Origin: Cyanobacteriota bacterium
GTDB taxonomy: Bacteria; Cyanobacteriota; Cyanobacteriia; PCC-6307; Cyanobiaceae
DNA: 64,000 nt
Reading direction: 5' to 3'
NCBI GenBank assembly: GCA_046052125.1
Contig: JBJOMY010000001.1
Location: 480,001-544,000 of the forward strand
In this document: positions 45,807 to 58,066 of the stretch, piece after piece
Layout of the letters: every line of letters starts with the position of its first letter
Numbering within the stretch: the first letter of the stretch is position 1
Program-made: the position numbers and the translations under genes
The notes under the pieces: generated by a model
The model's database searches: none
Told to the model about the DNA's origin: nothing
What the model saw: the letters and a program-made list of their open reading frames with translations, nothing else

Positions 45807-46463
45807 CTACGCAGCGATCCAACCAGCCAGATGGGAGGCCGCCTGGGAGCGCACCAGCGCCCGGGCCGCCGGCAGGGCCGGCTCGAGCCGCTCGGAGCTG
45901 AAGTGCGGCAGGTTGCGACTGCGCAGCCAGGCACCCCAGCGGAATTCATGGAAGGGAATCAGCGGGGCCGCCTGCACCAGGCCTTCGCGCTTGAGCTTCC
46001 ACACCAGGCTGCGGTAGGGGTCGTCCTGGGTACCGCTCAGGCTGGTGGGCAGGGCCGTGGGCGGCAACGGCCCGAGGCCACGGCCGTCGTAGAGATACAA
46101 CCAGCCCCGCTGGTGCAGCTGCTCCAACACCGCATGGCGCTCCGACACCTCGAGCTGAAGCACCACATAGCCGAAGGCGGTGGCGTTGGGATCAAGATCG
46201 AACAACCCCCGCAGGCGGTGATGGCGATCCACCATCCACAGCTCCCCGGAGGCGCTGCGGACCAGGGGCGTGGGTTTGCGCTTCAGGTAGCGGCGCCGCT
46301 CCTTCGGGTCGTCCTTGGCGAAGTCGAGCTGGCGGCTGCGGATCTCGGCCATGCCCACACACAGTTGGGTGGGCTGGAGCGCCTGCAGCGGCACCTCCAG
46401 CAGGTCAACCCCGTCGCCGGATGGAGCCGGCAACGGCTGATAGGGGGGCAACCGCAACGCCAT
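45807..46463 (-). CDS. ParB-like (ParB/Srx fold) protein
   Basis: LQPTQ.CVG, VDRHH, DDPYRSLVW and PF.EFRWG..LR motifs. Confidence 0.85.
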   Translation of the reverse strand: MALRLPPYQPLPAPSGDGVDLLEVPLQALQPTQLCVGMAEIRSRQLDFAKDDPKERRRYLKRKPTPLVRSASGELWMVDRHHRLRGLFDLDPNATAFGYVVLQLEVSERHAVLEQLHQRGWLYLYDGRGLGPLPPTALPTSLSGTQDDPYRSLVWKLKREGLVQAAPLIPFHEFRWGAWLRSRNLPHFSSERLEPALPAARALVRSQAASHLAGWIAA

Positions 46464-46493
46464 GGAGCGACCCTAAGCCGAATTTCCGCAGCG

Positions 46494-46940
46494 GTGATCA
46501 GTGCCTGGCTAGGCGTGCTGCTCTGGCTCGGGTTGAGCGGGCCAGCCCTGGCGGTTCAGGCCTGCGCGCCGATCGATGCGCCGGCGGTGGCGGAGCTGTT
46601 TGATCACTGGAATGGCGCACTGCGCAGCGGCGACCCGGCCCAGGTGAGCGCGCTCTACAGCGCGGATGCCCTGCTGCTGCCCACCCTCTCGGCCGAAGCG
46701 CGCACCACGCCGGATGGCATCCGCAACTATTTCGAGGGCTTCCTGGCAGGCGGGCCCCAGGGGCGCATCGAGCGCCGAAGCATCCAGCTGGGCTGCAATG
46801 AGGCGATGGATGCCGGCACCTACAGCTTCCGCTTTGCCGATGGGCATGTGGTGCAAGCCCGCTACACCTTTGTGTATGTGTTCAGCGATGGGCGCTGGCA
46901 GATTCAGCACCACCACTCGTCTCTGGTGCCCGCGGATTAA
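46494..46940 (+). CDS. SnoaL/NTF2-like exported protein (DUF4440 / CaMKII-association-like)
   Basis: LFD.WN.AL.SGDP..V..LY..DALLLPTLS, DAGTYSF and ARYTFVY....W.I.HHHSS. Confidence 0.85.
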   Translation: MISAWLGVLLWLGLSGPALAVQACAPIDAPAVAELFDHWNGALRSGDPAQVSALYSADALLLPTLSAEARTTPDGIRNYFEGFLAGGPQGRIERRSIQLGCNEAMDAGTYSFRFADGHVVQARYTFVYVFSDGRWQIQHHHSSLVPAD

Positions 46941-47371
46941 GCGCTCTTCGTGAGATAGCTGTTGAAACCACCGCGCGGAGCGACCACCACGGGGTGAGGG
47001 GGCTGTTGACCCCGGCAGGCCTCCTGGTGCTCACGCACGGTGCAAGCAAACATCTCCAGAAACAGATCACGATCCGCCAGGGATCCGGTGAGGCCACAGC
47101 TGAGGTAGAGCTGGCGCAGGGGCGTCCAGGGGCGGGATGCCACGAGGGCATGCAGCTTCTGCAGCCTGAAACGGCGCAAGGCCTTCAGCGGCGGTTCACC
47201 GCAATGGGCATGGCAAAGGTTCTGCAGCGTGCGCACGCTCACGTGGCAATGGCGAGCCAGATCCGCCATGCGCAGGGGACCGGCGTAATGCTCAGCGATA
47301 TAAGCGGCCAGCGCCGTCATCACGCCCGCGTCAGCTGGAGACTCAGCAACTGGCCTTGGGGATGACTGCAC
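46937..47371 (-). CDS. Short AraC-family HTH protein
   Basis: YIAEHY...L.MADLARHCHVSVRTLQ pattern. Confidence 0.7.
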   Translation of the reverse strand: MQSSPRPVAESPADAGVMTALAAYIAEHYAGPLRMADLARHCHVSVRTLQNLCHAHCGEPPLKALRRFRLQKLHALVASRPWTPLRQLYLSCGLTGSLADRDLFLEMFACTVREHQEACRGQQPPHPVVVAPRGGFNSYLTKSA

Positions 47372-47505
47372 GTGCAGCGTTGTCTTTCAGCTGTGGGCAG
47401 AACCCTATGGGGATCAATCCGCGTTCCATGCCATGTGCGACACAGGATTGAGCCTTATACCGATCTCGCATAAAACCACTATCTGATCGCTAATCAGAAG
47501 GGCGC

Positions 47506-48063
47506 CTAAAAACGAATCCCGCTGAAGATCGGCATCGTGGCGTAACCCAGGGAGGCCGGCACCGGATTCGGTCCAGCCGGAAGGGCCTGCACAGCAAACA
47601 TGTAGGTGTCGGCCTGGAAGGGGTTGTTCCAGGGCTTGAGGGCCACCGTGATCGTTTGGCCCGGCTGGGGCGGTTCCGGGAACTGCACCGTGACCCGCCG
47701 CGCCTGATCATCGAACTGGGCCTGAACCGGTATCCGCGCCCCCTCCCGGCGGGGTAGCCCCACAAAGGCCTCGGTGCGCTCCGGCGCGAACTGGAAGCTG
47801 CGATCCACGCCGCGGGTTTGTTGAATCGTGAGGCCGCCGAGGCCAGCACCGGCCCGCTCAGGGAGGGTCACCGTGAAGTAGTAGGTGGCGGCCGTTTGCC
47901 CGATGTACCAGTAGTAATTGGTGAAGCCCACCTTCCAGGGCGGGCTGGTGAACCAGGTCTGGTTGTTCACCTCCACGGCCTGCACTGGTGCGGCCATCAC
48001 CTGAAGCGCGGCAAGCGCCGGCATGGCCCAACCCAGTCCGGAGGCTCTTGAGAGGTTCAGCAT
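47506..48063 (-). CDS. DUF2808-like exported protein
   Basis: Signal peptide; YYFTVTLPE.AG..L, F.EP.QPGQT.TV.L.P.NNP...Y.F.V.A.PAG.NP pattern. Confidence 0.8.
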   Translation of the reverse strand: MLNLSRASGLGWAMPALAALQVMAAPVQAVEVNNQTWFTSPPWKVGFTNYYWYIGQTAATYYFTVTLPERAGAGLGGLTIQQTRGVDRSFQFAPERTEAFVGLPRREGARIPVQAQFDDQARRVTVQFPEPPQPGQTITVALKPWNNPFQADTYMFAVQALPAGPNPVPASLGYATMPIFSGIRF

Positions 48064-48139
48064 CGTGGAACAGCCTGTTGGGCGAAAGCTAGCGGCGGTT
48101 CCAGCGGTTGATAGGGTCAGACAGCTTGCTGTCAGATCG

Positions 48140-48313
48140 ATGAACCGAGCCGACCTCGACGCCATCGAGCTGATGTTGCGGGATCTGAACACCCGCCACG
48201 ACGAGATCCGTCACCGCGCCGCCTTCCGCGGCTGCACCCGCGAACTGCTCACCCTGCAGCAGGAACTGGTGCGCTACCTGATGGCCAAACGCGAAGGCCT
48301 CAACGGCCGCTGA
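48140..48313 (+). CDS. Small hypothetical protein
   Basis: 57-aa helical ORF with GC3-rich codon usage. Confidence 0.6.
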   Translation: MNRADLDAIELMLRDLNTRHDEIRHRAAFRGCTRELLTLQQELVRYLMAKREGLNGR

Positions 48314-48316
48314 GCC

Positions 48317-49609
48317 TCAGGCCGCCTGTGCAAACGGCTCTGGGTTCTGGTCCCGGCGGTGCTGCACCGGCAGGGGCGGTCCCTGTTCTTCACCGACCAA
48401 CGCAGCGGTGGCCTCCAGGGCTGCACGCCAGCGCCGGGCCGCATGCAAGCTCATGTCCCGCGGAACACTCACCCGATCCCGCCAGTAGCGCAGCCCCGCC
48501 GCTGTGCCCGCAGGGGGCGTCAGCAGGGCTTCAGCCCCGTACCGCAGCAGGTTGGTGAGCGCGGTTCGCAAGGCACGTTCAAGCGCCTGGCCCACCTCCG
48601 GACTGTGCTGCTCGCCCAGAGGATTCACCGCCAAAAGCTTTTGGCGATGGCGAAGCACCCGAGCGAGGGCTTCCGAAACGGCCGACTCGGGGGCGGCCTG
48701 GCGAGTTTCCACTACGGCGGGGTGGTCAACAGGCCAGGGGCCCTGATCGACCCAGCGAGCCAGCTGCTGCTGCTCGGCGCTACCGCTGGCTAAGCAACAC
48801 CCCATCTGCGGCGGCAGATCGTGGGCATGGGTGTGGATGTCACTCTGGGTTCCCAGATAGGTGGAACGCTGCTCCAACGCCGCAAACCAGCGATCGATGG
48901 CTGGGTGGTGCTGGCGGAGCCCATAGCCCTTGTAGTAGGCGAGCGATGCGTTCATGCGCTCCAAATAGGGCACAAAGATCACATCGGCGGTGCCGAAGGC
49001 CGAGCGGAAAAAGGGGCCCGGCGTGGCCTCCAGGGCCTGCTCCACCAGCGAGGCCATCCGCGCAAAGTGCTGCTCGGCTGCAGCCGTGTGGGCTCCCTCG
49101 CCCTCGCAGTAACAGAGCCATTGGCACCAGGCCCGGAACAGGCGCCGCTCCAGCTGCCGCAGCGCAAATACATCGGGATCCTGGAGCCCCTCGCCGAGCG
49201 GTCCGAAGCTCTCCTCGAGGGCCTGCAGGATCAGGTCGCTTTCGGTGATCAGATGGCCATCGAGCTCGAGCGCCGGCAGCATTCCGGAGGGCACCAGCTG
49301 CTTGAACCAGCGCTCCTTCTCGCCGTAGCAGAACATCGTGACCTTGCGGACCCGGTAGGGGATCCGCTTCTCCTCGAGCCAAAGCCACACCTTCTGGCAG
49401 TAGGGGCACCAGGCGTGATGGTCGCGGTAGAGGGTGACGCGCACCTCGCTTTCCGGCCGGCCGAACAGGCGCAGCCGCGCCTGGGCATTGGTGGGGCCCT
49501 CCACCCGCTGAAGCTGCAACTCGCTTTCGCTGCAGGCCGGGAGGCGCCGCTCCAGCTCAGCCCAACTCAGGGGCTCAGCCACAGCAATCGGTTCGGCGGT
49601 GAGATCCAT
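48317..49609 (-). CDS. Glutathione S-transferase family protein
   Basis: YRDHHAWCPYCQKVWL.LEEK.IPY and G.LPALELDG..ITESD. Confidence 0.92.
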   Translation of the reverse strand: MDLTAEPIAVAEPLSWAELERRLPACSESELQLQRVEGPTNAQARLRLFGRPESEVRVTLYRDHHAWCPYCQKVWLWLEEKRIPYRVRKVTMFCYGEKERWFKQLVPSGMLPALELDGHLITESDLILQALEESFGPLGEGLQDPDVFALRQLERRLFRAWCQWLCYCEGEGAHTAAAEQHFARMASLVEQALEATPGPFFRSAFGTADVIFVPYLERMNASLAYYKGYGLRQHHPAIDRWFAALEQRSTYLGTQSDIHTHAHDLPPQMGCCLASGSAEQQQLARWVDQGPWPVDHPAVVETRQAAPESAVSEALARVLRHRQKLLAVNPLGEQHSPEVGQALERALRTALTNLLRYGAEALLTPPAGTAAGLRYWRDRVSVPRDMSLHAARRWRAALEATAALVGEEQGPPLPVQHRRDQNPEPFAQAA

Positions 49610-49682
49610 GCAACCAGCATGGCCGAGCCGGCCCAGCAGCTGCGGTTCGAACGCCGGGCATAACGCCATCGCGTTGTCAGGA

Positions 49683-49710
49683 GATCTGCAGATTGCGACA
49701 TCTGCAGATC
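49683..49710. promoter_or_regulatory. Inverted repeat, candidate operator between GST and the ArsR-family gene
   Basis: GATCTGCAGAT-TGCGAC-ATCTGCAGATC; each arm contains the palindrome ATCTGCAGAT. Confidence 0.55.
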
Positions 49711-49758
49711 GCAGATCCGCTTTACGCTGAAGTTCACCCAGCAAACGAAGGTCTGGCG

Positions 49759-50064
49759 ATGGAGCACCTGGCTGACTACTTCAAGGTGTTTTCCGAACCC
49801 AATCGCCTGGCGGTACTGGAAGCGCTGCGGGCCGGCCCCCTCAACGTGACCGCCGTGGTGGAGAAAACCAAGCTCAGCCAGGCCTTGGTGTCCAAGCACC
49901 TCAAGCTGCTCACGATCGCCGGGGTGGTGCAGCGCAGACCCGAGGGATCGCTGGTGTTTTACGACGTGAATGACAAGGCAGTGTTCAAGCTGCTGGCTCA
50001 GGCGGAAAAGCTGCTGCTCGCCTCACGCCGCCAACAACTTGACGCCCTGGCCGCGATCCTCTGA
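49759..50064 (+). CDS. ArsR/SmtB-family regulator (no Cys)
   Basis: FKVFSEPNRL.VL, LSQALVSKHLKLL..AG.V.RR.EG..VFY. Confidence 0.9.
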   Translation: MEHLADYFKVFSEPNRLAVLEALRAGPLNVTAVVEKTKLSQALVSKHLKLLTIAGVVQRRPEGSLVFYDVNDKAVFKLLAQAEKLLLASRRQQLDALAAIL

Positions 50065-50185
50065 GGGCGAGCGCGATTGCGCCTCGGCTCAAGGCGGATC
50101 GTCGCGGCGAAGGTTTTCCGTTATGCGTCAGTCGTCATACTTCTACCCTTAAAGGGCAATCGCTGGGCATCCGCCGCGTTCTGGC

Positions 50186-51547
50186 ATGAGCGAGCATTTC
50201 GATCTGGTGGTGATCGGCGCCGGTTCCGGTGGGCTGGCAGCCGCCAAGCGGGCCGCCTCCTACGGAGCCCGGGTGGCGATTGTGGAAGGGGATCGGGTGG
50301 GCGGCACCTGCGTGATTCGCGGTTGCGTGCCCAAAAAACTGATGGTCTACGGCTCCGCCATGCGCCATCACCTTCACGACGCCGCCAGTTACGGCTGGAG
50401 CATGGGCGCTACGAGCCACAACAGCGCTGAGCTGCTGCAGCGGGTGCGCGCTGAAGTGGATCGGCTCAACCAATTACACATCGGCTTTCTGGAGAAAGCA
50501 GGGGTTGAGCTGGTGCAGGGCTGGGGTCGATTCGCCGATGCCCGCAGCGTCAGCGTGGTGGACCAGAGCGGCAGCGAGCAGCGGCGCCTCAACGCCGATC
50601 GCATCCTCATCGCCGTGGGCGGTCGCCCCAATCGCCCCACCATTCCGGGCGCCGAGCTGGGCTGGGTGAGCGACGACCTGTTCAATCTGGAGCGCTTCCC
50701 CGAACGGGTGGTGGTGGTGGGCGCCGGCTTCATTGCCTGCGAATTCGCCTGCATCCTCAATGGCCTGGGCGTATCGGTGACCCAGCTGGTGCGGGGCGAC
50801 CACCTGCTGCGGGGCTTCGATCTGGAGGCCGGCCGCGCCGTGGCAGAAGCGATGCAAGCCGATGGCATCGACATCCGCTTCACCCACAGCCCTGCCGCCA
50901 TTGAAGGCAGCCCCGGCGATCTCACGGTGATCAGCCAGAGCGGCGAACGGCTGCCCTGCAACGGCGTGCTGCTGGCCACCGGCCGGCGCCCCTTCCTCGA
51001 GGGCCTGAATCTGGAAGCAGCCGGCGTAGCGATCGAGGGGCATCGCATCCCTGTGGATGCCGAGCAGCGCACCAACGTGGCCAACGTCTACGCCGTGGGA
51101 GACGTGACCGATCGGGTCAACCTCACCCCCGTCGCCATCGATGAGGGCCGCGCACTGGCCGACACGATCTGGGGCGGCAAACCCCGCCAGGTGGATCACA
51201 ACCTGGTGGCCAGCGCCGTGTTCTCCCAGCCTGAACTCTCCAGCGTGGGCCTCACGGAAGAGCAGGCGATCGAGCGTTACGGCGCCGAGGGCGTGAAGGT
51301 GCATCGGGCACGGTTCCGGCCGATGAGCCAGGCGCTGCCGGCCCGTGATCCGAAGGTGCTGCTCAAGCTGGTGGTGGAGACCGCCAGCGGCAAGGTGCTG
51401 GGGTGCCACATGGTGGGAGAGCACGCCGCGGAGATCATTCAGATGGCAGCGATCGCCATCGGCATGGGTGCCACCAAGACCGACTTCGATCGCACCATGG
51501 CCCTGCACCCCACCGTGGCCGAAGAGTTCGTCACGATGCCGAACTAA
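50186..51547 (+). CDS. gor: Glutathione-disulfide reductase
   Basis: GAGSGG, GGTCVIRGCVPKK, GAGFIA.E and HPT.AEEFVTM. Confidence 0.97.
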   Translation: MSEHFDLVVIGAGSGGLAAAKRAASYGARVAIVEGDRVGGTCVIRGCVPKKLMVYGSAMRHHLHDAASYGWSMGATSHNSAELLQRVRAEVDRLNQLHIGFLEKAGVELVQGWGRFADARSVSVVDQSGSEQRRLNADRILIAVGGRPNRPTIPGAELGWVSDDLFNLERFPERVVVVGAGFIACEFACILNGLGVSVTQLVRGDHLLRGFDLEAGRAVAEAMQADGIDIRFTHSPAAIEGSPGDLTVISQSGERLPCNGVLLATGRRPFLEGLNLEAAGVAIEGHRIPVDAEQRTNVANVYAVGDVTDRVNLTPVAIDEGRALADTIWGGKPRQVDHNLVASAVFSQPELSSVGLTEEQAIERYGAEGVKVHRARFRPMSQALPARDPKVLLKLVVETASGKVLGCHMVGEHAAEIIQMAAIAIGMGATKTDFDRTMALHPTVAEEFVTMPN

Positions 51548-51559
51548 CCCCGCGCCGCC

Positions 51560-52297
51560 GTGATCACTGCCCAACCGCGCACGATCCTGATCAGCGGTGC
51601 CAGCCGCGGCATCGGCCGTGCCATCGCCGAACGCCTCCTCGCCGATGGCCATCGACTCAGCCTGGGCTTGCGCGATCCAGCCGCTTTAGGCGGCAGCAGC
51701 TTGGATCCAGCGATCGCTGGCGTGGATGGCACAGGTCAGCCGCGGGTGCAGCTGCACCCCTACAAGGCTGAGGATCCAGCGACAGCTGAAGCCTGGGTGG
51801 CGAGCAGCGTGAGCCGTTTCGGCGCGATCGACACGGTGGTGCACTGCGCCGGTGTGTTCTCAAGGGCGCCACTGCTGTTTGCTTCAGGGCAGGAGCAAGA
51901 CATTCAGCAGCTCTGGGATGTGAATGTGATGGGGCCGTGGTGGCTCACCCGAGCGGCCTGGCCCCATCTCAGCGGCCACGGCGCCGGGCGGATCGTGGTG
52001 TTGGTGTCGATGAGCGGCAAACGCTCCAAGGGGCGGCTGGCGGGCTACACCGCCAGCAAATTTGCCCTGATGGGGCTCTGCCAAACCATGCGCAACGAGG
52101 GCTGGGACCAAGGGATCCGCGTCACCGCGATCTGCCCTAGCTGGGTCAACACCGACATGGCCGCCGCCGTGAACGCCATGCCCAAAGAGGCGATGAGCCA
52201 ACCCGCCGACATCGCCGCAATGACCGCGCAACTGCTGGAGCTACCCAACAACTGCGTGCCGTTTGAGCTGGCGGTGAGCTGCAACCTCGAGGTGTAG
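51560..52297 (+). CDS. Short-chain dehydrogenase/reductase
   Basis: SGASRGIG and catalytic YTASK. Confidence 0.93.
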   Translation: MITAQPRTILISGASRGIGRAIAERLLADGHRLSLGLRDPAALGGSSLDPAIAGVDGTGQPRVQLHPYKAEDPATAEAWVASSVSRFGAIDTVVHCAGVFSRAPLLFASGQEQDIQQLWDVNVMGPWWLTRAAWPHLSGHGAGRIVVLVSMSGKRSKGRLAGYTASKFALMGLCQTMRNEGWDQGIRVTAICPSWVNTDMAAAVNAMPKEAMSQPADIAAMTAQLLELPNNCVPFELAVSCNLEV

Positions 52298-52320
52298 TCG
52301 GCTCACCGCGCGAGATCCGC

Positions 52321-53007
52321 TCAGCCGTTGGGCTGCAGATCCTCGAAGCGGAACACCTGGCGACCAGCCGGGGTGTCGCCGAAGGCCTCGGTTTCCACCA
52401 CGCGCTCGCTCAGCACCCAGGGGCCTTCACCAGCCAGGGGCACAAAGGTGTCGGTGAAGGTGCTCTTGCCGCCGCGGGATGCACCGGTGGCGGGATCGGT
52501 GTACTGGCTGGTGTAGCTGTGGCTGAGGTAACCGCTACCGGTGTCGGTGGTGCTCTCGGTGAAGATTGTCACCACGGTGCCGTGGATGTGGCGATGCACC
52601 ATCGTCACCACATCGCCCTTGATCCGGTAGCGATCGCCGGCGTTCTTACCGCCCACGATCACCTCGGTACCCACGGAATCGGTGTCACCGGCGGTGAAGG
52701 TGTTCTCGCCGTGGGTTTGCTCAAAGCTGCGGCGCACCCGGTGGATGCACACCTCCCACAGCTGGGAGGCCACAGCCTTGTGGATCTCTTCGTTATCGAT
52801 GTCCTCCACCTGGGCCTTGAGGTCAGCGCCCACGCTGAAGCTGCCTTCCGCCCGCTGATCACCTTGCTCCCAGACGCAGCGGCCGCGGTAACCGGCGAAG
52901 CCGGGCGCCCAGGTGTAGCGGTTCTCGTAGGCAGCGCGGAAAGCAGCAGTGCAGTCGCTGCCGGCAGCGATCACGGCAGGGCTGGGGGCAACGGTCACGG
53001 CGAGCAC
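52321..53007 (-). CDS. DUF3386-like protein
   Basis: FRAAYENRYTW..GF.GY.G and IHRVRRSFEQTHG.N.F. Confidence 0.85.
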   Translation of the reverse strand: MLAVTVAPSPAVIAAGSDCTAAFRAAYENRYTWAPGFAGYRGRCVWEQGDQRAEGSFSVGADLKAQVEDIDNEEIHKAVASQLWEVCIHRVRRSFEQTHGENTFTAGDTDSVGTEVIVGGKNAGDRYRIKGDVVTMVHRHIHGTVVTIFTESTTDTGSGYLSHSYTSQYTDPATGASRGGKSTFTDTFVPLAGEGPWVLSERVVETEAFGDTPAGRQVFRFEDLQPNG

Positions 53008-53057
53008 TAACGCAGAAGGCTCAGGCTACGGGGTTGAGCTGGGTGCAGGGGCTGCCC

Positions 53058-56351
<3,294 letters not shown>

Positions 56352-56433
56352 GGGCAGTTGTCCGGCGGCCAAACCCGCCTAGCCTCTCACGGGGGATGGC
56401 TAGTGTTGATCCCAAGTCAGAGGTGACGTCTTC

Positions 56434-57069
56434 ATGAGCGAACTCCAGCGCCTGAAGGGGCTGCTGCCCCCCGAGATGCAGAGCTGGGTGTTTGTGGAAG
56501 CCGCCGCTTCAGCTGATCCGCCGCTGATCACGATCGAAGAGATCGGCCGCGATGAGGTGGAGATCCAGCTTGATCTGCAGAAGTGGGATGCGCTGGCGAT
56601 CGATCACCGCAACCTGCTCTTCTGGCACGAAGTGGGCCGCATCCAGAACGACGCGGTGCCTCGCGACGGCTGGGAAATGGCAGCCCTGGCGATCGGCCTG
56701 GGCGGCGCCATCGGTGAGCTCTGGGTGCAGGACGGCCTGCTGCTGCTGATGGCGCTCGGCCTTTCCGGTTTCGCCGGCTACCGCCTCTATCTCAAGAACA
56801 ACTCCGAGAAGCGCCTGCAGGACGCGATCGCCGCCGACGAGCGCGCCATCGACCTGGCCTGCCGCTTCGGCTACAGCCTGCCCAATGCCTACAAGAGCCT
56901 GGGCGGCGCCCTGAAGGAACTGGTGGAGCAGACCCGCAAGAAGAAAAAGCGCGGCTTCTACGAAGACCGGCTGGAGGCGCTGCGCAAGAGTGCAGGGAAG
57001 GCCCGCGCCGAGATGGCGCAACAACAGGGCTCCCGTCAATCCGTGAGCAGCGAGAACGTGTATGGCTGA
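56434..57069 (+). CDS. DUF3318-like protein
   Basis: ELQRLK.LLPPE.QSWV and RNLLFWHEV.RIQND; conserved-looking position before rsfS. Confidence 0.85.
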   Translation: MSELQRLKGLLPPEMQSWVFVEAAASADPPLITIEEIGRDEVEIQLDLQKWDALAIDHRNLLFWHEVGRIQNDAVPRDGWEMAALAIGLGGAIGELWVQDGLLLLMALGLSGFAGYRLYLKNNSEKRLQDAIAADERAIDLACRFGYSLPNAYKSLGGALKELVEQTRKKKKRGFYEDRLEALRKSAGKARAEMAQQQGSRQSVSSENVYG

Positions 57070-57514
57070 GGCCGTTAACCCCTCAGAGGCCGCCAGCCCC
57101 ACCAAACCCAGTCCCGACCCCAGCCGCCCCCGGCTCAACCTCGACGACAGCAAGCAGCTGGCGCTGTTGGCCGCTGAAGCCTGCGACGACCGCAAGGCCG
57201 GCGACATCGTGCTGCTGCGGGTGGAGGAGATTTCCTCGATCGCCGACTGGTTCGTGATCGCCACCGGCTTCTCCGATGTGCAGGTGCGCGCCATCGCCCG
57301 TTCAGTGGAAGACAAGATCGAGGAGGAGAGCGGCGGCCGCCTGCCCCTTCGCAAAGAGGGCCAGAAGGAAGGGCGCTGGATCCTGCTGGATTACGGCGAG
57401 GTGATCGTGCACGCCCTCACCCCCGATGAGCGCAGCTACTACGACCTCGAATCCTTCTGGGGCCACGGCGAGAAGGAGACCTATCTAGGGTCGGAACAAG
57501 CACCGCCGGCCTGA
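57062..57514 (+). CDS. rsfS: Ribosome silencing factor (Iojap)
   Basis: DDRKA.DI, ADWFVIATG, WILLDYG.VIVH and R.YYDLE.FW. Confidence 0.96.
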   Translation: MAEAVNPSEAASPTKPSPDPSRPRLNLDDSKQLALLAAEACDDRKAGDIVLLRVEEISSIADWFVIATGFSDVQVRAIARSVEDKIEEESGGRLPLRKEGQKEGRWILLDYGEVIVHALTPDERSYYDLESFWGHGEKETYLGSEQAPPA

Positions 57515-57526
57515 GGCCGGGCCCCG

Positions 57527-58045
57527 ATGGCCGGCACCGACCCCACCCCGGATCTCAGCCAGGTGGTGTGTCCGGTGCCGCGTGAGCAGCGGCCGCTCGA
57601 GCAATACAAGGAGCTGCAAGCCAGCTGGTTTTTCGTGTGGCCGCACAACGGCACCCGTGGCTTGGCCAACCCGCTGATCCGCGCCTGGCTGATCGTTTTG
57701 CCGCTCACGATGCTCGTAGCCAGCGGCAGTGTTCCCCTGCGCCACAACCTGCCGCGGCTGGTGATCGCCGGTGCGGTGGCCGGGCTGGTGCTGCCGCTGC
57801 TTCTGCTGGTGCGGCAGTGGCTGGGCTGGACCAACCTGCAGCGCCGCCTGATGGCGACGGCGGTGGAATACGAGGAATCGGGCTGGTACGACGGCCAGGT
57901 GTGGGAAAAACCGGTGGCCTGGCGTCAGCAAGACCTGCTGGTGGCCAACCACGAGGTGAAGCCCGTGCTCTGGCGGTTGCAGCAGGCGATGGCCATCATT
58001 GCGGCGTTGATGCTGGTGGGATCCAGCCTCTGTCAGGCTCTCTGA
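57527..58045 (+). CDS. CGLD27/Ycf36 family protein
   Basis: CPVP.EQRP..Y..L..SWFF.WP and EYEESGWYDGQ.WEKP. Confidence 0.92.
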   Translation: MAGTDPTPDLSQVVCPVPREQRPLEQYKELQASWFFVWPHNGTRGLANPLIRAWLIVLPLTMLVASGSVPLRHNLPRLVIAGAVAGLVLPLLLLVRQWLGWTNLQRRLMATAVEYEESGWYDGQVWEKPVAWRQQDLLVANHEVKPVLWRLQQAMAIIAALMLVGSSLCQAL

Positions 58046-58066
58046 GCGATCGGGCTTGAGCCCTGC

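Noticed and set aside
45807..46463. ParB-like gene as a plasmid or chromosome partition system
   Set aside because: No ParA, HTH domain or parS-like repeats were seen; it fits the stand-alone ParB/Srx-fold family.
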